From Candidatus Latescibacterota bacterium (GTDB lineage: Bacteria; Latescibacterota; UBA2968; UBA8231): a DNA stretch of 64,000 nucleotides. The translations under genes were made by a program, and so were the position numbers. The stretch lies in NCBI GenBank assembly GCA_965208105.1, contig OZ242318.1, positions 832,001-896,000 on the forward strand, read 5' to 3'. The notes beneath the pieces are model-generated. The model was not told where the DNA came from. It saw only the letters and a program-made list of their open reading frames with translations, and made no database searches. Every line of letters begins with the position of its first letter. Positions within the stretch are counted from its first letter, which is position 1. Shown in pieces: positions 9,369-19,596 of this stretch.

Positions 9369-10442
9369 TCAGGGCACCAGTTGCACCTTTATCGAGTCCG
9401 CGCCTTTCCGAACCATCTCGAATCCTTCGAGATAGTCCTTCAACGGCAACTGGTGGGTCACGATCAGGCCCACGTCGATCAAACCGCGGTGGATATAGTC
9501 GATCGCCAGCGGATAGGCATGCGGACCCAGGTGCGAGCCGTGGATGTTGAGCTCCTTGGTGTCGCCGATGATGGTCCAATCAGCGGTCACCGGCTCCCGC
9601 ATGACGCTGAATTCGACGAAGGTGCCCGCCTTGCGGATCATGTGCAGCCCCTGCTCCACCGCCTGCGGATTTCCCGTCGCCTCCAGGTAGACGTCGCACC
9701 CGTAGCCTTCGGTCAGGTCCAGCACTTTCTGCACCGCATCCTCCTCCGCCGGGTTTACGGCGATGTCCGCTCCCAGCTTCCCGGCGACCTCCAGGCGTCC
9801 GGGCACCAGGTCGACGGCGACGAGCATGCCCGGGTTTTTCAGCTTCGCCGCGGCGATCATGCCGAGGCCGAGGGTGCCCGCCCCGGCGACCACGACGACG
9901 TCGCCGAACTCGATGTCGCCGCGCTGGACGGCGTGGATGGAGCAGGCCAGCGGCTCGATCATCGCCGCGTTCGCCGCGGGGATGTCGGACGGGACCTTGT
10001 AGACGAGGGAGCGCGCCGGGAACTTCATGAAGTCCGCCATGCCGCCGTTGACCGCCGCCTGAAAGCCGTAGATGTTGTGAACCTGGCAGAGCCAGTACTT
10101 CCCGGTGCGGCAGTAGCGGCACTCCCAGCAGGGGACTATCTGTTCGGCAATGGCGGTATCGCCGAGCTGGATGCCGTGCTTTTCACCGGCGCCGTCCCCG
10201 AGCTCAACCACCTCTCCGATGAACTCATGCCCGGCGATGACCGGCGCCTGCACGAAGGGCCGGCGGTGTTCGTCGCCCCAGAAAAGCGGGGCGCCGGTGT
10301 AGCACTTGATGTCGCTGGCGCAAATCCCGCAGGCTTTTACCTCGACGACCACCTCCCCCGCCTCCGCCCGGGGCACCGGCACCTCCTCGAGGCGGTAATC
10401 CAACGGTTCGCGGCAAATGACAGCGCGCATGGTTTCCGGCAT
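9369..10442 (-). CDS. Zn-dependent alcohol dehydrogenase, erythritol/L-threitol dehydrogenase-like
   Basis: CGICASD, GHE, CWECRYC structural Zn site, GAGTLG; the GAPLFWGD insert is typical of this polyol dehydrogenase subgroup. Confidence 0.85.
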   Translation of the reverse strand: MPETMRAVICREPLDYRLEEVPVPRAEAGEVVVEVKACGICASDIKCYTGAPLFWGDEHRRPFVQAPVIAGHEFIGEVVELGDGAGEKHGIQLGDTAIAEQIVPCWECRYCRTGKYWLCQVHNIYGFQAAVNGGMADFMKFPARSLVYKVPSDIPAANAAMIEPLACSIHAVQRGDIEFGDVVVVAGAGTLGLGMIAAAKLKNPGMLVAVDLVPGRLEVAGKLGADIAVNPAEEDAVQKVLDLTEGYGCDVYLEATGNPQAVEQGLHMIRKAGTFVEFSVMREPVTADWTIIGDTKELNIHGSHLGPHAYPLAIDYIHRGLIDVGLIVTHQLPLKDYLEGFEMVRKGADSIKVQLVP

Positions 10443-10495
10443 TCAGAGCCTCCTTGAGAAGTTGGCGAGCCGGTGCCTGCGACCAATTGGTAAAT

Positions 10496-10524
10496 AAAGA
10501 GCCCTTCTGGGGATCTCTGTCAAG
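10496..10524 (-). promoter_or_regulatory. shared 29-bp promoter motif, copy 1 (contains TTGACA)
   Basis: CTTGACAGAGATCCCCAGAAGGGCTCTTT, 26/29 identical to 19471..19499. Confidence 0.6.
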
Positions 10525-10775
10525 AGGACAAAGTGAGGCCTGGCCTGGTGAGGACCACCCCGTCTCTGCAGGTTGGATTTGACCCGCAGGACCAGCCCAT
10601 GTTTACCGGATGGGGTGGTGAATTTCTTTTTCGGGTGTTGCAGGAGTCCAGGATTTTGGCGAACATAGACGGGCAGCAGCGGTCCTGGTGCATCAGCATG
10701 GGAACGCGGATACCTGGGCCGTGGAGCCATTTCAAGACCGATGCAGCCGCGACTATCGAAGATCGACCATTGACC

Positions 10776-11642
10776 ATGGCGAACCCGACCCAGTCCCCCT
10801 TGCCGTCCACCGCCCTGCAGGTCGAGCCGCTCACACCCGCCATCGGGGCCGAGGTCTCCGGCGTAGATCTTTCCCTGCCACTCGACGATCAGACCCTCTC
10901 CGGGCTGAAGGAGGCGTGGTCGCGCCACCTGGTCCTCTTCTTCCGCGATCAGGAGCTGACCTTCGAGCAGCACAAGGCGCTGGGCCGCCGCTTCGGTGAG
11001 CTCCACATCCACCCGGCCGCGCCCAAGGAGGCCGAGCACCCGGAGATTCTCGTCGTCCGCGGGGACGACAAGGTGGAGTTCGTGGCCGGGAACCTGTGGC
11101 ACTCCGACGTCTCCTGCGACGCCGAGCCGCCCATGGCGAGCATGCTGCGCGTCGTCCAGGTGCCCTCCTGCGGCGGCGACACCCTCTTCGCCAGCATGTA
11201 CGCCGCCTACGAGGGGCTTTCGGACCGAATGCAGCGCTTCCTCACCGGGCTCACCGCGGTGCACGACGGGGAGCAGTACTACCGCGGACGCTACGGCGGC
11301 GGCAACCTGCGGGACGGCCATTACCCCGCGGCCGAGCACCCGGTAGTCCGCACCCACCCGGTCACCGGCAAGCCCGCGCTCTACGTCAACGAAGGCTTCA
11401 CCACCCGCATCAAGGAACTGCCGCCGGCCGAAAGCGACGCAGTGCTCGCCTTCCTGTTCAAGCACAGTGCGCAACCAGACTACCAATGCCGCTTCCAGTG
11501 GCGCGAGAACTCCGTGGCCTTCTGGGACAACCGCTGCACCCAGCACCTGGCGATCTGGGACTACTACCCCGAGATTCGCCACGGCTTCCGGGTCACGATC
11601 AAGGGCGATGCGCCTTACTTCGACCCCGGAGGCGGGCAGTGA
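10776..11642 (+). CDS. TauD/TfdA family Fe(II)/2-oxoglutarate dioxygenase
   Basis: LTPAIGAEVSGVDL, WHSD, GGDTLF, HPVVRTHP, WDNRCTQH. Confidence 0.92.
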   Translation: MANPTQSPLPSTALQVEPLTPAIGAEVSGVDLSLPLDDQTLSGLKEAWSRHLVLFFRDQELTFEQHKALGRRFGELHIHPAAPKEAEHPEILVVRGDDKVEFVAGNLWHSDVSCDAEPPMASMLRVVQVPSCGGDTLFASMYAAYEGLSDRMQRFLTGLTAVHDGEQYYRGRYGGGNLRDGHYPAAEHPVVRTHPVTGKPALYVNEGFTTRIKELPPAESDAVLAFLFKHSAQPDYQCRFQWRENSVAFWDNRCTQHLAIWDYYPEIRHGFRVTIKGDAPYFDPGGGQ

Positions 11643-11820
11643 CGGGTGCGGTCCCGCATGCGCTGGCCGCCCTTTCCGGCCCCCGCGAACGGGCAGGCTG
11701 GGACGGCGAAGTCATGGCCCGGGGTGCCGGCCTCCTGCCCACCTATGAGGGCACCGCCGAGCCCGTGGCCTGGAACCGGGTGCCGGGCGAGGCACTCACT
11801 CACTGAAAGAGACCTTAGCT

Positions 11821-13179
11821 ATGCACGCAGACCCGATATTGTTGAACGACAGGCGCATGCAGTCTTTCATCGCCGACGGCTATACAGTGGTCCAAACCGA
11901 TCTGAGCGCGGAATTCCATCACTCAATCTACCGACAAATCGAGGATCTTTTGGCCGCCGATGGCAACCCCGGCAACAACCTGCTGCCCCGCATCCCCGAC
12001 CTGCAGAAGATCTTCGACGAACCCCGGGTGGCGGGAGCTCTGACCAGTATCCTGGGGCCGGGCTACTATCTTCATCCGCACCGGTACTGCCATTTCAACC
12101 AGCCGGGTTCCGGGGGGCAGAAGCTGCACAAGGACTCCTGGAGCCGGCGGCACCACCGGCCGCGCTGGGCCATGGCCTTCTACTATCCGCAGGACACGCC
12201 GGCCGAGCGCGGCCCCTCCGGCGTGGTTCCCGGCAGCCACTACCACAACCGCCTGGACCAGGGGGCCGGCGAGCGGGAAATCGCGCTTACAGGAGAGGCC
12301 GGGACGGTCGCCATCGTCCACTATGACCTGTGGCATCGGGCGACCCCCAACAACACCGGACAGAATCGCTATATGGCCAAATTCCTCTTTGTCCGCCTCG
12401 AAGAGCCGGACGGGCCCGGTTGGAACGCGACGGGGGAGCCCTGGAGCATTAACGGACATGCCTCGGCGCACATGTGGCACAGCATTTGGGAATGGTACGG
12501 CGGGCGTTCCGAGGGTCCAGCCGCCGAGAAGGGTGAGCAGCCGGGCCTGCTGCAGGCCCTGATGGGCGATTCCGAGGAGGCAGGTCAAGCGGCGGCCTAT
12601 GCCCTCGGCCGCGCCCGAGAGCCGGCCGTGGGACCCCTCATGGACTGCCTGCGCCGGGGACCGGAACAGGTGCGACGCAACGCCGGCTACGGTCTGGCCG
12701 CGGCGGGTTCCGCGGCAGCGGATGCCCTGGCACAAGCCTGCGCCGACGGCGACCCGGAGGTGCGGCTGGCGGCCGTCGACAGCCTGGGCGATATGGGCCG
12801 GGCAGGCGCCCCGGCGGTGCCGGCACTGCAGAGGGCGCTGGGGGACCCGTCGAAGAAGGTGCGGGGCCACGCCGCCGAAGCCCTGGGAGCCATGGGGCCA
12901 CTGCCCTCGGCGCTACTGGAGGAGCTGGCCGCCGCCCTCGGCGACGACGACGAATGGGTTCGGCGCAACGCCGCCCTGGGTCTGGCGCGGCAGGGCCGGG
13001 CTGCCGAGGCCGTGCAGCCGGCGGTGGTGGCCGCCCTGAAGGATCCGAATCGCTACGTCAGCGCAAAGGCGGCCAAGATCCTGGAGCGCATCGGCACGCC
13101 GGAGGCCACCGAGGTTCTGTTCGACTACCTGTTCGCCGCGCGCTGGTGCCCCGCCACCTCCAAAGATACGCCGTTTTAA
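11821..13179 (+). CDS. phytanoyl-CoA dioxygenase (PhyH) domain fused to HEAT repeats
   Basis: LHKDS, GPSGVVPGSH, LWHRA; C-terminal VRRNA/VRLAAVDSLG/VRGHAAEALG HEAT repeats. Confidence 0.85.
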   Translation: MHADPILLNDRRMQSFIADGYTVVQTDLSAEFHHSIYRQIEDLLAADGNPGNNLLPRIPDLQKIFDEPRVAGALTSILGPGYYLHPHRYCHFNQPGSGGQKLHKDSWSRRHHRPRWAMAFYYPQDTPAERGPSGVVPGSHYHNRLDQGAGEREIALTGEAGTVAIVHYDLWHRATPNNTGQNRYMAKFLFVRLEEPDGPGWNATGEPWSINGHASAHMWHSIWEWYGGRSEGPAAEKGEQPGLLQALMGDSEEAGQAAAYALGRAREPAVGPLMDCLRRGPEQVRRNAGYGLAAAGSAAADALAQACADGDPEVRLAAVDSLGDMGRAGAPAVPALQRALGDPSKKVRGHAAEALGAMGPLPSALLEELAAALGDDDEWVRRNAALGLARQGRAAEAVQPAVVAALKDPNRYVSAKAAKILERIGTPEATEVLFDYLFAARWCPATSKDTPF

Positions 13180-13266
13180 TCGGTCGCATTCCCCAAGTCC
13201 CGAGAGTGCCCCAATACAAAGGCCCCGCTCCTGGCGGAATGGGCGGCAGACCGGCCTCGGCGCCGA

Positions 13267-14247
13267 TCATCCCGCCCGGCGCCTGAGTATCTCGAGGGTA
13301 TCCGCCGCGCCGCTGTATTCCGCCCAGCTCGCGGGGGTGCCGCCGTGGGCGCCGTCGACGACGGTCGGATCGGCGCCGCGGTCGAGCAGCAGGTTGACGC
13401 ATCCCACGCAGTTGTGCTGGGCCGCCAGGTGCATGGCCACCGCATTTACCCCGTGACCTTCACCGCCCCAGTCGTGGCGCAGATCGGGATCGGCGCCATG
13501 GTCAAGCAGCCATTCCGCCGCTTTCACCTTGTCGCTGTAACATGCCCAGAGCAGCGGCGTGCCGCGAAAGGCGCTGGCGTTGACGTCGGCTCCGAGGGCC
13601 ACCAGCGCCTCCATCGAATCGCATTGATCGTTGCGCGCCGCCCAGGACAAGGCCTCGTCGAGGATTTCCTGGCGGCTGAAGCTACGATTCCATTCCGGAA
13701 AGAAGACGGGGGCAAAGAAGTCGAGCCCCCTGCAGGCGGCGGGGGTCAAGCTGCCCCCGTCGAAGAAGCGGTCCAGGTCACCGCCGAGGGCGGCGGCGGA
13801 CCGCAGATTGTCGGGATGGACCGGCGTCAGGACTTCGCCCATGCAGGTCTTGGCGTAGAACAAGGCGTAGGACAGGGGCGATCCGCCTTCCTTGCCGTAA
13901 GCGTTGGCGCGGACGGAGGCGCCGGCCTCGACAAGGCGTCTACCCAGGCCGGAATGACCGGCCATGCCGGCGGTGTGCAGCGGGGTCCAGCCGTCGTTGT
14001 CGGCGGCGGAAGGGTCGGCGCCGGCGGCGAGCAGCAGATCCACCGCGGCGTGCTGCTCGGGAGTTCCCGGATCCGGCGGAATGGCGATATCACCGGTAGC
14101 GGCGCGGCAGGCCAGGTCTAGCAGGGTGCGGCCGTCCTCGTCGCGGTCCGCCAGGACTTCCGGCGAACGGGCCAGTATTTCGCGCAGGTGGTCGAGGTCT
14201 CCGCCGCGGGCGGCAGCGGCGGCCTGCGTTGGTTCGCTTCCTGTCAT
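13267..14247 (-). CDS. ankyrin repeat protein
   Basis: DGRTLLDLA, DGWTPLHTAG, GTPLLWA, LLDHGADPD, LLDRGADPT. Confidence 0.9.
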   Translation of the reverse strand: MTGSEPTQAAAAARGGDLDHLREILARSPEVLADRDEDGRTLLDLACRAATGDIAIPPDPGTPEQHAAVDLLLAAGADPSAADNDGWTPLHTAGMAGHSGLGRRLVEAGASVRANAYGKEGGSPLSYALFYAKTCMGEVLTPVHPDNLRSAAALGGDLDRFFDGGSLTPAACRGLDFFAPVFFPEWNRSFSRQEILDEALSWAARNDQCDSMEALVALGADVNASAFRGTPLLWACYSDKVKAAEWLLDHGADPDLRHDWGGEGHGVNAVAMHLAAQHNCVGCVNLLLDRGADPTVVDGAHGGTPASWAEYSGAADTLEILRRRAG

Positions 14248-14514
14248 GTCAGCTTTCCTCCCAGATCTGAAACACAGGTCGTGGATACAAGGGCCTCAGC
14301 GGTCCCGGACCCATTTCACCCTCTTCCAGGGGATTCAAAAGGAGATGCGACCGGGAAACCCAGGGGCTCAGCAGGCGCGCAATTCTATCACCCGCTTCCC
14401 GGAAATTAATATTTGCCGGACCGTTAAACCTGCTTACAACCGCAAAATCAAGCAGGCAATGCGGGGTCAGAAGTCCCGGTGTCTCCCAATCCGGCAGAGA
14501 CTGCCTGCAATCGC

Positions 14515-16749
14515 TCATTCCGTCCAGAAGGAGAACAGGTCGGCGTTGCGCAACTGGAACCGCAGCCGCACGGTCTGGCCGCGCAGCTCTCCCAGGTCCT
14601 CCGCCCCAGACCAGCGCAGCGGAATACGGACACCATCCCGTGAAACCGGCGCGGACCTGTCGAGACTCAGACCGGGGCGCAGCAGGTTTCCCTCTCCATC
14701 CAGAATCTCGGCTCTCAACTCGCCTCCCCTGGCGTCGGCGTTGACCCACAGGGTGGAACCGCGCCACAGGAGGGGCCTGGTCAGCACGGTGCCGGGTTCG
14801 GACCCTGCCTGCACCGAGACGAATCCGTCCAGGCGCAGGACCGCCGCGTGAATGGCGAAGGAACCGGACGAGGATATGCTGCGGAATTTGGCGCCGGTGT
14901 AGTAGAAGAATAGCTCGTCGCCGATGCGGACCGGCCGCGACGGGGGTTCGATCTGGGCGTTGTCGAACACGCCCTCGCCGAGCGGCGAGAGGGGCAGGAA
15001 GTCGGGCCGTTCGTCATGCAGCGCGTACTTCCAGTCGCGAAGGTTGGGGCTAACCGCCAGGCCCGGCACCGAATACCCGTCCCCCCACGGCACCCGCCTG
15101 CTGCTGCCCGAGGTGCGGAACATGGTGGGCATGCCGAGGTAGATGCCTTCGTAGGGGAATACCGCCATGTTGTAGACCTGGGTGTTGTACTGCTCCGGGT
15201 CGTTGACCAGCGGCTGGCGATAGGCGCGATCGGCCGTGATTCGGCGCAGCCACTGGGCACCCAGCTCCTGATCGCGGGCGTCGGCGGCGAACATGAGGAC
15301 CGGATCGGTCCACTCCACGAAGTCCCTGCTGGTGGAGATGTTCACCGCGCGCTGCCCCCCGAATCCGGCGTCGTGGATCGTCCTGAGGGAGAAAACGAAG
15401 CTGCCGCTGAGCTCGTCGTAGATGAGGAAGCCTTCCTCGCCGGCGGGAATCCGGTCCTCGGAGAGGAAGGTCCAGTTGATCCCGTCCGGAGAAGCGGCGG
15501 GCCGCGGATTGGTATCGCCGATCAGCGCCTTCCAGCGGCGCATTGGGTCAGGGTCGCGCTCGTCGTAGAGCACGTGATAGAGGAAAAGATCGTACGGCGA
15601 CATGGGGGTCAGCAGGTTGTTTTCCTTCGAACCCTTGAACTCGAATTCACCGACGATCGGCTTTTCCCAGTGCAGACCGTCATCGGAGACCGCCAGAAAG
15701 GTGCCGATCCCATCCACCCCGATGCCCCGCCCCCAATACCGCAACTCCCAGCGCTTCTCCACAGGGTTCCACAGGGGAGCGTCGCGCATCTGGATGTAGA
15801 GGCTCTCCCAGTCGAATTCGGAGCGGATTACCGGATTGCCCGCGAATTTTACCGGCTGATGCTGGACCCTGCGTGCACCGGCAAGTTCATCGACCACGTA
15901 GGCGTCGGCGAAGAGCTGCTTGCGGCCCTCGCGCAGGTAGACCAACCCTTCCCGGCGGTCGAGGGCAACCGTGAACTGCAGATGGGCACTCTCTTCGATT
16001 GGCACCTCGCGCTGTTCGAAGGGAACGATGTCGAAGCGGTCGATGAATATGGTATAAGTGCGGGCAGTGGCCATCTTGTAAGCGCGGGCGGCCGACCCAA
16101 CCCTTCCAGGAGCCGGCGTCACCGGGGCGGCGCTCTTGCGGGCGCCCGGGACCGGTGCAACAGCCCCTCCTGCCTGCGGCGCTGCGGCGGCGCCGTCCAA
16201 GAGGACCATCTTGCGCACCTGCCTGCCGCCGGCGGTGGTCAGGCGGTAGAAGTAGACCCCCGCGGCGACTGGGCGTCCGGCGTCGTCGCGGCCGTTCCAG
16301 GTTGCCCGGTACTCCCCGGACGGCTGGGGCCGATCAACCAGGGTTTGAACCCGCTGGCCCAGGCTGTTGTAGATGACCAGCCTGACATGGCTGTCCTCGG
16401 CCAGTTGGTAGGGAATATGGGTGGACGGATTGAACGGATTGGGATAGTTCTGGCCCAGGTGGAATCGGTCGGGGGTTGCTCCCCCGTTTCCGCCAACGGC
16501 GGTAGGTCCGGCAAGGTCGATGGAAAAATCGCCGTTGTCGTCGGTCAGGGCGCGGAAGATCTGGATCGGCTGGGCCTCGCTGGTCACCGTCACCGCGGCA
16601 TGCTCGACCGGCCGTGTCTGCGGGAACCTTCCCTCGGAGATAGGGGTGACGACGGTGCCCGAGATCACCTGCGCACCCGCGGAAAAAGGAAAAAATCCGG
16701 CAAGCAGCAATCGAATGATCCACCTGGAGCGGCTGATGGAAATCTTCAT
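14515..16749 (-). CDS. secreted protein: Ig-like domain, internal FlgD/T9SS-type domain, GH32/43/130-like beta-propeller
   Basis: Signal peptide MKISISRSRWIIRLLLAGFFPFSAGA; LGQNYPNPFNPST...WNGRDDAGRPVAAGVYFYRL; SDDGLHWEKP, SPDGINW, LRLDGFVS. Confidence 0.75.
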   Translation of the reverse strand: MKISISRSRWIIRLLLAGFFPFSAGAQVISGTVVTPISEGRFPQTRPVEHAAVTVTSEAQPIQIFRALTDDNGDFSIDLAGPTAVGGNGGATPDRFHLGQNYPNPFNPSTHIPYQLAEDSHVRLVIYNSLGQRVQTLVDRPQPSGEYRATWNGRDDAGRPVAAGVYFYRLTTAGGRQVRKMVLLDGAAAAPQAGGAVAPVPGARKSAAPVTPAPGRVGSAARAYKMATARTYTIFIDRFDIVPFEQREVPIEESAHLQFTVALDRREGLVYLREGRKQLFADAYVVDELAGARRVQHQPVKFAGNPVIRSEFDWESLYIQMRDAPLWNPVEKRWELRYWGRGIGVDGIGTFLAVSDDGLHWEKPIVGEFEFKGSKENNLLTPMSPYDLFLYHVLYDERDPDPMRRWKALIGDTNPRPAASPDGINWTFLSEDRIPAGEEGFLIYDELSGSFVFSLRTIHDAGFGGQRAVNISTSRDFVEWTDPVLMFAADARDQELGAQWLRRITADRAYRQPLVNDPEQYNTQVYNMAVFPYEGIYLGMPTMFRTSGSSRRVPWGDGYSVPGLAVSPNLRDWKYALHDERPDFLPLSPLGEGVFDNAQIEPPSRPVRIGDELFFYYTGAKFRSISSSGSFAIHAAVLRLDGFVSVQAGSEPGTVLTRPLLWRGSTLWVNADARGGELRAEILDGEGNLLRPGLSLDRSAPVSRDGVRIPLRWSGAEDLGELRGQTVRLRFQLRNADLFSFWTE

Positions 16750-16826
16750 TTCACCCACTTTCCTTTTGTCCGGCCCCTCCATCGTGCATCCCGCCCGGAT
16801 CGGCCAAAACGTGGAGATGATCCCCT

Positions 16827-17429
16827 TCAGTACCAGAGATAGCCGGCGCTGAAGACGGCAATCAGACCCGTGACCTCGGCCTCCACCTCTTGGGCGCCTA
16901 CGGTGGCCTCGGCGTTCGGCGTACCCCAGCCGAAGGTCCCTTTCACCATCCAGTTTTTCCTCACCTCGTAGCCTATGCTCGCGGCCAGCCCGGGGCCGTC
17001 GAAGGCGTTGTCCCCACCGTCGTCCCAGCGCGCCGTGCCGATGACCGCTTCGACAAAGGGAGAAGGGGCGCGCTGGTTGAAGAAATAGGCCGCGCCGAAG
17101 CCGTTGATCTTGAAGCTGGTGCTGCCCCTGGTGACGGAAGTGCCGAGAAGCTTGGTCTCGTCGTCGTCGGTGTCGCTGCCCAGACCCCAGACCCAGCCCA
17201 ACACGAGCCGGTCGGTGAGGCCATAGCCGAACTGAATGGTTGTCCCGAATGCCGAGTCGCTGTCGTCGCGGCTGGAGGACTCGCCAGCGATGAGCCACTC
17301 CTGCTCGACGGACTGGTAGATTGGTCCGAGGCCGAAACCCAGCAGAAAGCCCGCCCTTCGTCCGTCAAAGGCGTGTGCGGCCATGGGCAGGGTCAGCAGA
17401 AGGGCGGTCAGGGTCAAGACGCGTGGCAT
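16827..17429 (-). CDS. outer-membrane beta-barrel protein
   Basis: Signal peptide ending AHA, amphipathic beta strands, terminal aromatic GYLWY. Confidence 0.7.
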   Translation of the reverse strand: MPRVLTLTALLLTLPMAAHAFDGRRAGFLLGFGLGPIYQSVEQEWLIAGESSSRDDSDSAFGTTIQFGYGLTDRLVLGWVWGLGSDTDDDETKLLGTSVTRGSTSFKINGFGAAYFFNQRAPSPFVEAVIGTARWDDGGDNAFDGPGLAASIGYEVRKNWMVKGTFGWGTPNAEATVGAQEVEAEVTGLIAVFSAGYLWY

Positions 17430-17504
17430 GAAGGAGCTCCATTCTACGGGGTCAGGGACGCGCAGGTCTTCCTTCTCGTTATTCATAATCCCGATCTCCC
17501 GGAT

Positions 17505-18299
17505 CTAATCATCGGGGTCCATCCCCACCCGGTCCAGGCGCCCCATCTCCTCTTCCCCCAGTGTCCAGTCGAACAAATCCAGGTTGTCGCGCAAGTGGGC
17601 GGTGGAGCTGGCCTTGGGGATGACGATCATGTCCTTTTGCAGCAACCACCTCAGGGCCACCTGGGCGGGGGTCTTGCCGTGACCGGCGGCCACCTGCGCC
17701 AGGGCCTCGTCCCGCGCCAGGTCGCCGCGCGCCAGGGGGCGGTGCGCCGTCAGCACCACGTCGAGGCCGTGGCAATGGCGCCGCAGCTTCTCGCGGTTGC
17801 AGCGCAGGTGGTACTCCACCTGATTGGTGCAGATGGGCAGGCCGGTGGCGGCCCTGGCGCGGTCGGTCTGCTCGATGCTGAAATTGCTGATACCGAAGCT
17901 CCTGGCCTGGCCGGCGGCGTGGATTTTCTCGAAAGTGGCCAGGGTGCGCTCAAACGGCACCCCCGGAGCGGGGCGGTGGATGAGCAGGAGATCGACGTAG
18001 TCGGTCTGCAGATCGCGCAGAATCTCCTCCATCTGCCCCTGGGTCTCCTCGTCCTCCAGCTGCGAATCATAGACCTTCGAGGTGATGAAGAGGCGGCCGC
18101 GGTCGGCGCCCACCTCCTTGAGGGCCTGGCCAATGGCTTCCTGATTCCGGTACCTCCAGGCCGAATCCAGGTGGGAATAGCCCAGCTCCAGGGCCTCCTT
18201 GACCACCGCCTTGCACTGCTCGCAGCGCAACTGCCAGGTGCCCAGCCCCAGTTGCGGAATGGCTTTGCCCGAGGCCAGGGTGATGTTCGGCGTGCTCAT
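17505..18299 (-). CDS. aldo/keto reductase (2,5-diketo-D-gluconate reductase-like)
   Basis: IPQLGLGTW, HLDSAWRY, FITSK, DLLLIH, GISNF, VIPKAS. Confidence 0.9.
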   Translation of the reverse strand: MSTPNITLASGKAIPQLGLGTWQLRCEQCKAVVKEALELGYSHLDSAWRYRNQEAIGQALKEVGADRGRLFITSKVYDSQLEDEETQGQMEEILRDLQTDYVDLLLIHRPAPGVPFERTLATFEKIHAAGQARSFGISNFSIEQTDRARAATGLPICTNQVEYHLRCNREKLRRHCHGLDVVLTAHRPLARGDLARDEALAQVAAGHGKTPAQVALRWLLQKDMIVIPKASSTAHLRDNLDLFDWTLGEEEMGRLDRVGMDPDD

Positions 18300-18429
18300 G
18301 TGACTTCTCCTCTTCTGGAAAGCTATACCTGCCGATCATGGAAGAAAAGATAAGGGGAAAGGAGCCTGATCACCCTTCCCCTCCTTGTTGCGCTCCCCGG
18401 GATTTCGTCAGCCTGCCCTGCACCAGGGC

Positions 18430-19464
18430 TCAAGGGACCGGGGCTCCGGCATCGACAAGCCCTTCCTGTTTGAGCTCGGCCCAGAAGTCGGCCGGGATCT
18501 CCCGCTCCAGGCAGTCCACGTTGGCGGCCACTTCGGCGACGCTCCGCGCCCCGGGAACGACGGTTGCCACGGCCGGATGCCCCAGGGGAAACTGCAGGGC
18601 GGCCGCCGGCAGGGGCACCTGGTGCCGGGCGCAGACCGACTCGATGCGGCGCACCCTGGCCAGCACCTCTTCGGGCGCCGGCGCGTAGTTGTAGTAAGCC
18701 CCTTCCACCGCGCCGCCTGCTAGTATCCCCGAGTTGTAGGGCCCGCCGATGATGATCCGCACCCCTTTCTCCAGGCACAGGGGCAGCAACACGCGCAGCG
18801 ACTCCTGCTCCAGCAGGGTGTAGCGGCCGGCCAGCAGAAATGCGTCGAAGTCTCCGGCGCGGGCGAAATCGGCCAGCATCTGCCACTGGTTCATGCCCAG
18901 GCCGACGGCCTTGACCACCCGCTGCCGGCGCAGCTCGTCGAGGGCGGGATAGGCTTCCTCCATTACCTGGTCGAAGTAGCCCCGTCCCCCCGGTTTCCAG
19001 TCCGGCTCGATGCTCTTCGCCTCGTCGGGATCGTGGATCAGCACCATGTCGAGGCGATCGGTCTGGAGCCGCTCCAGACTCCCCTCGATGGAGCGCAGCA
19101 CCGCGTCGCGGGAGTAGTCGAAGTAGCTGGTCAGCTTGGGGGCGTCGATGAAGAGATCGACGTAGTCGTCGCCGGGCTTCCGCTCCACCAGGGTATAGCC
19201 CACCTTGGAGGAGATGGCGATCTCGTTGCGGGGGTAGCGCGCCAGCCCCGGCCCCAGGCGCGTCTCGCTGAGGCCGTAGCCGTAGAGCGGCGCCGTGTCG
19301 AAGTAGCGCACCCCGGCAGCGAAGGAGGCTTCGATCACCTCCAGCCCCTCCTGCTCGCTCAACGCGGAATACATGTTGCCGAAGGTCGTTCCCCCCAGTC
19401 CGAGGCGCGTCACTTCCAGGCCGTGCGGCCCGATTCTTTCCCTGTCTCCCGCACGCATAGGCAT
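18430..19464 (-). CDS. aldo/keto reductase (D-threo-aldose/L-fucose 1-dehydrogenase-like)
   Basis: YFDTAPLYGYGLSE, FDYSRDAVLRSIE, LLAGRYTLLEQ, GGPYNSGIL. Confidence 0.88.
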   Translation of the reverse strand: MPMRAGDRERIGPHGLEVTRLGLGGTTFGNMYSALSEQEGLEVIEASFAAGVRYFDTAPLYGYGLSETRLGPGLARYPRNEIAISSKVGYTLVERKPGDDYVDLFIDAPKLTSYFDYSRDAVLRSIEGSLERLQTDRLDMVLIHDPDEAKSIEPDWKPGGRGYFDQVMEEAYPALDELRRQRVVKAVGLGMNQWQMLADFARAGDFDAFLLAGRYTLLEQESLRVLLPLCLEKGVRIIIGGPYNSGILAGGAVEGAYYNYAPAPEEVLARVRRIESVCARHQVPLPAAALQFPLGHPAVATVVPGARSVAEVAANVDCLEREIPADFWAELKQEGLVDAGAPVP

Positions 19465-19470
19465 GTGCAA

Positions 19471-19499
19471 AAAGAGCCTTTCGGGGGTTCTCTGTCAAG
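19471..19499 (-). promoter_or_regulatory. shared 29-bp promoter motif, copy 2
   Basis: CTTGACAGAGAACCCCCGAAAGGCTCTTT, immediately upstream of the AKR start. Confidence 0.6.
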
Positions 19500-19596
19500 A
19501 CGATGATCTTGGCAAGGGGTGCCAGAGGGTTGCGAAGCAGTTTGGAAGACAGGACCGAGGCTGGGGACCAGAGCGGCCTGAGGCTGCGAAGGTGAA

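Noticed and set aside
11639-11806. 55-codon ORF overlapping the TauD stop (GTGA)
   Set aside because: No recognisable homology; could be a remnant but is unsupported.
16750-17298. N-terminal extension of the 927-aa ORF
   Set aside because: Overlaps the OM barrel gene in another frame; the signal peptide indicates a start at 16749.
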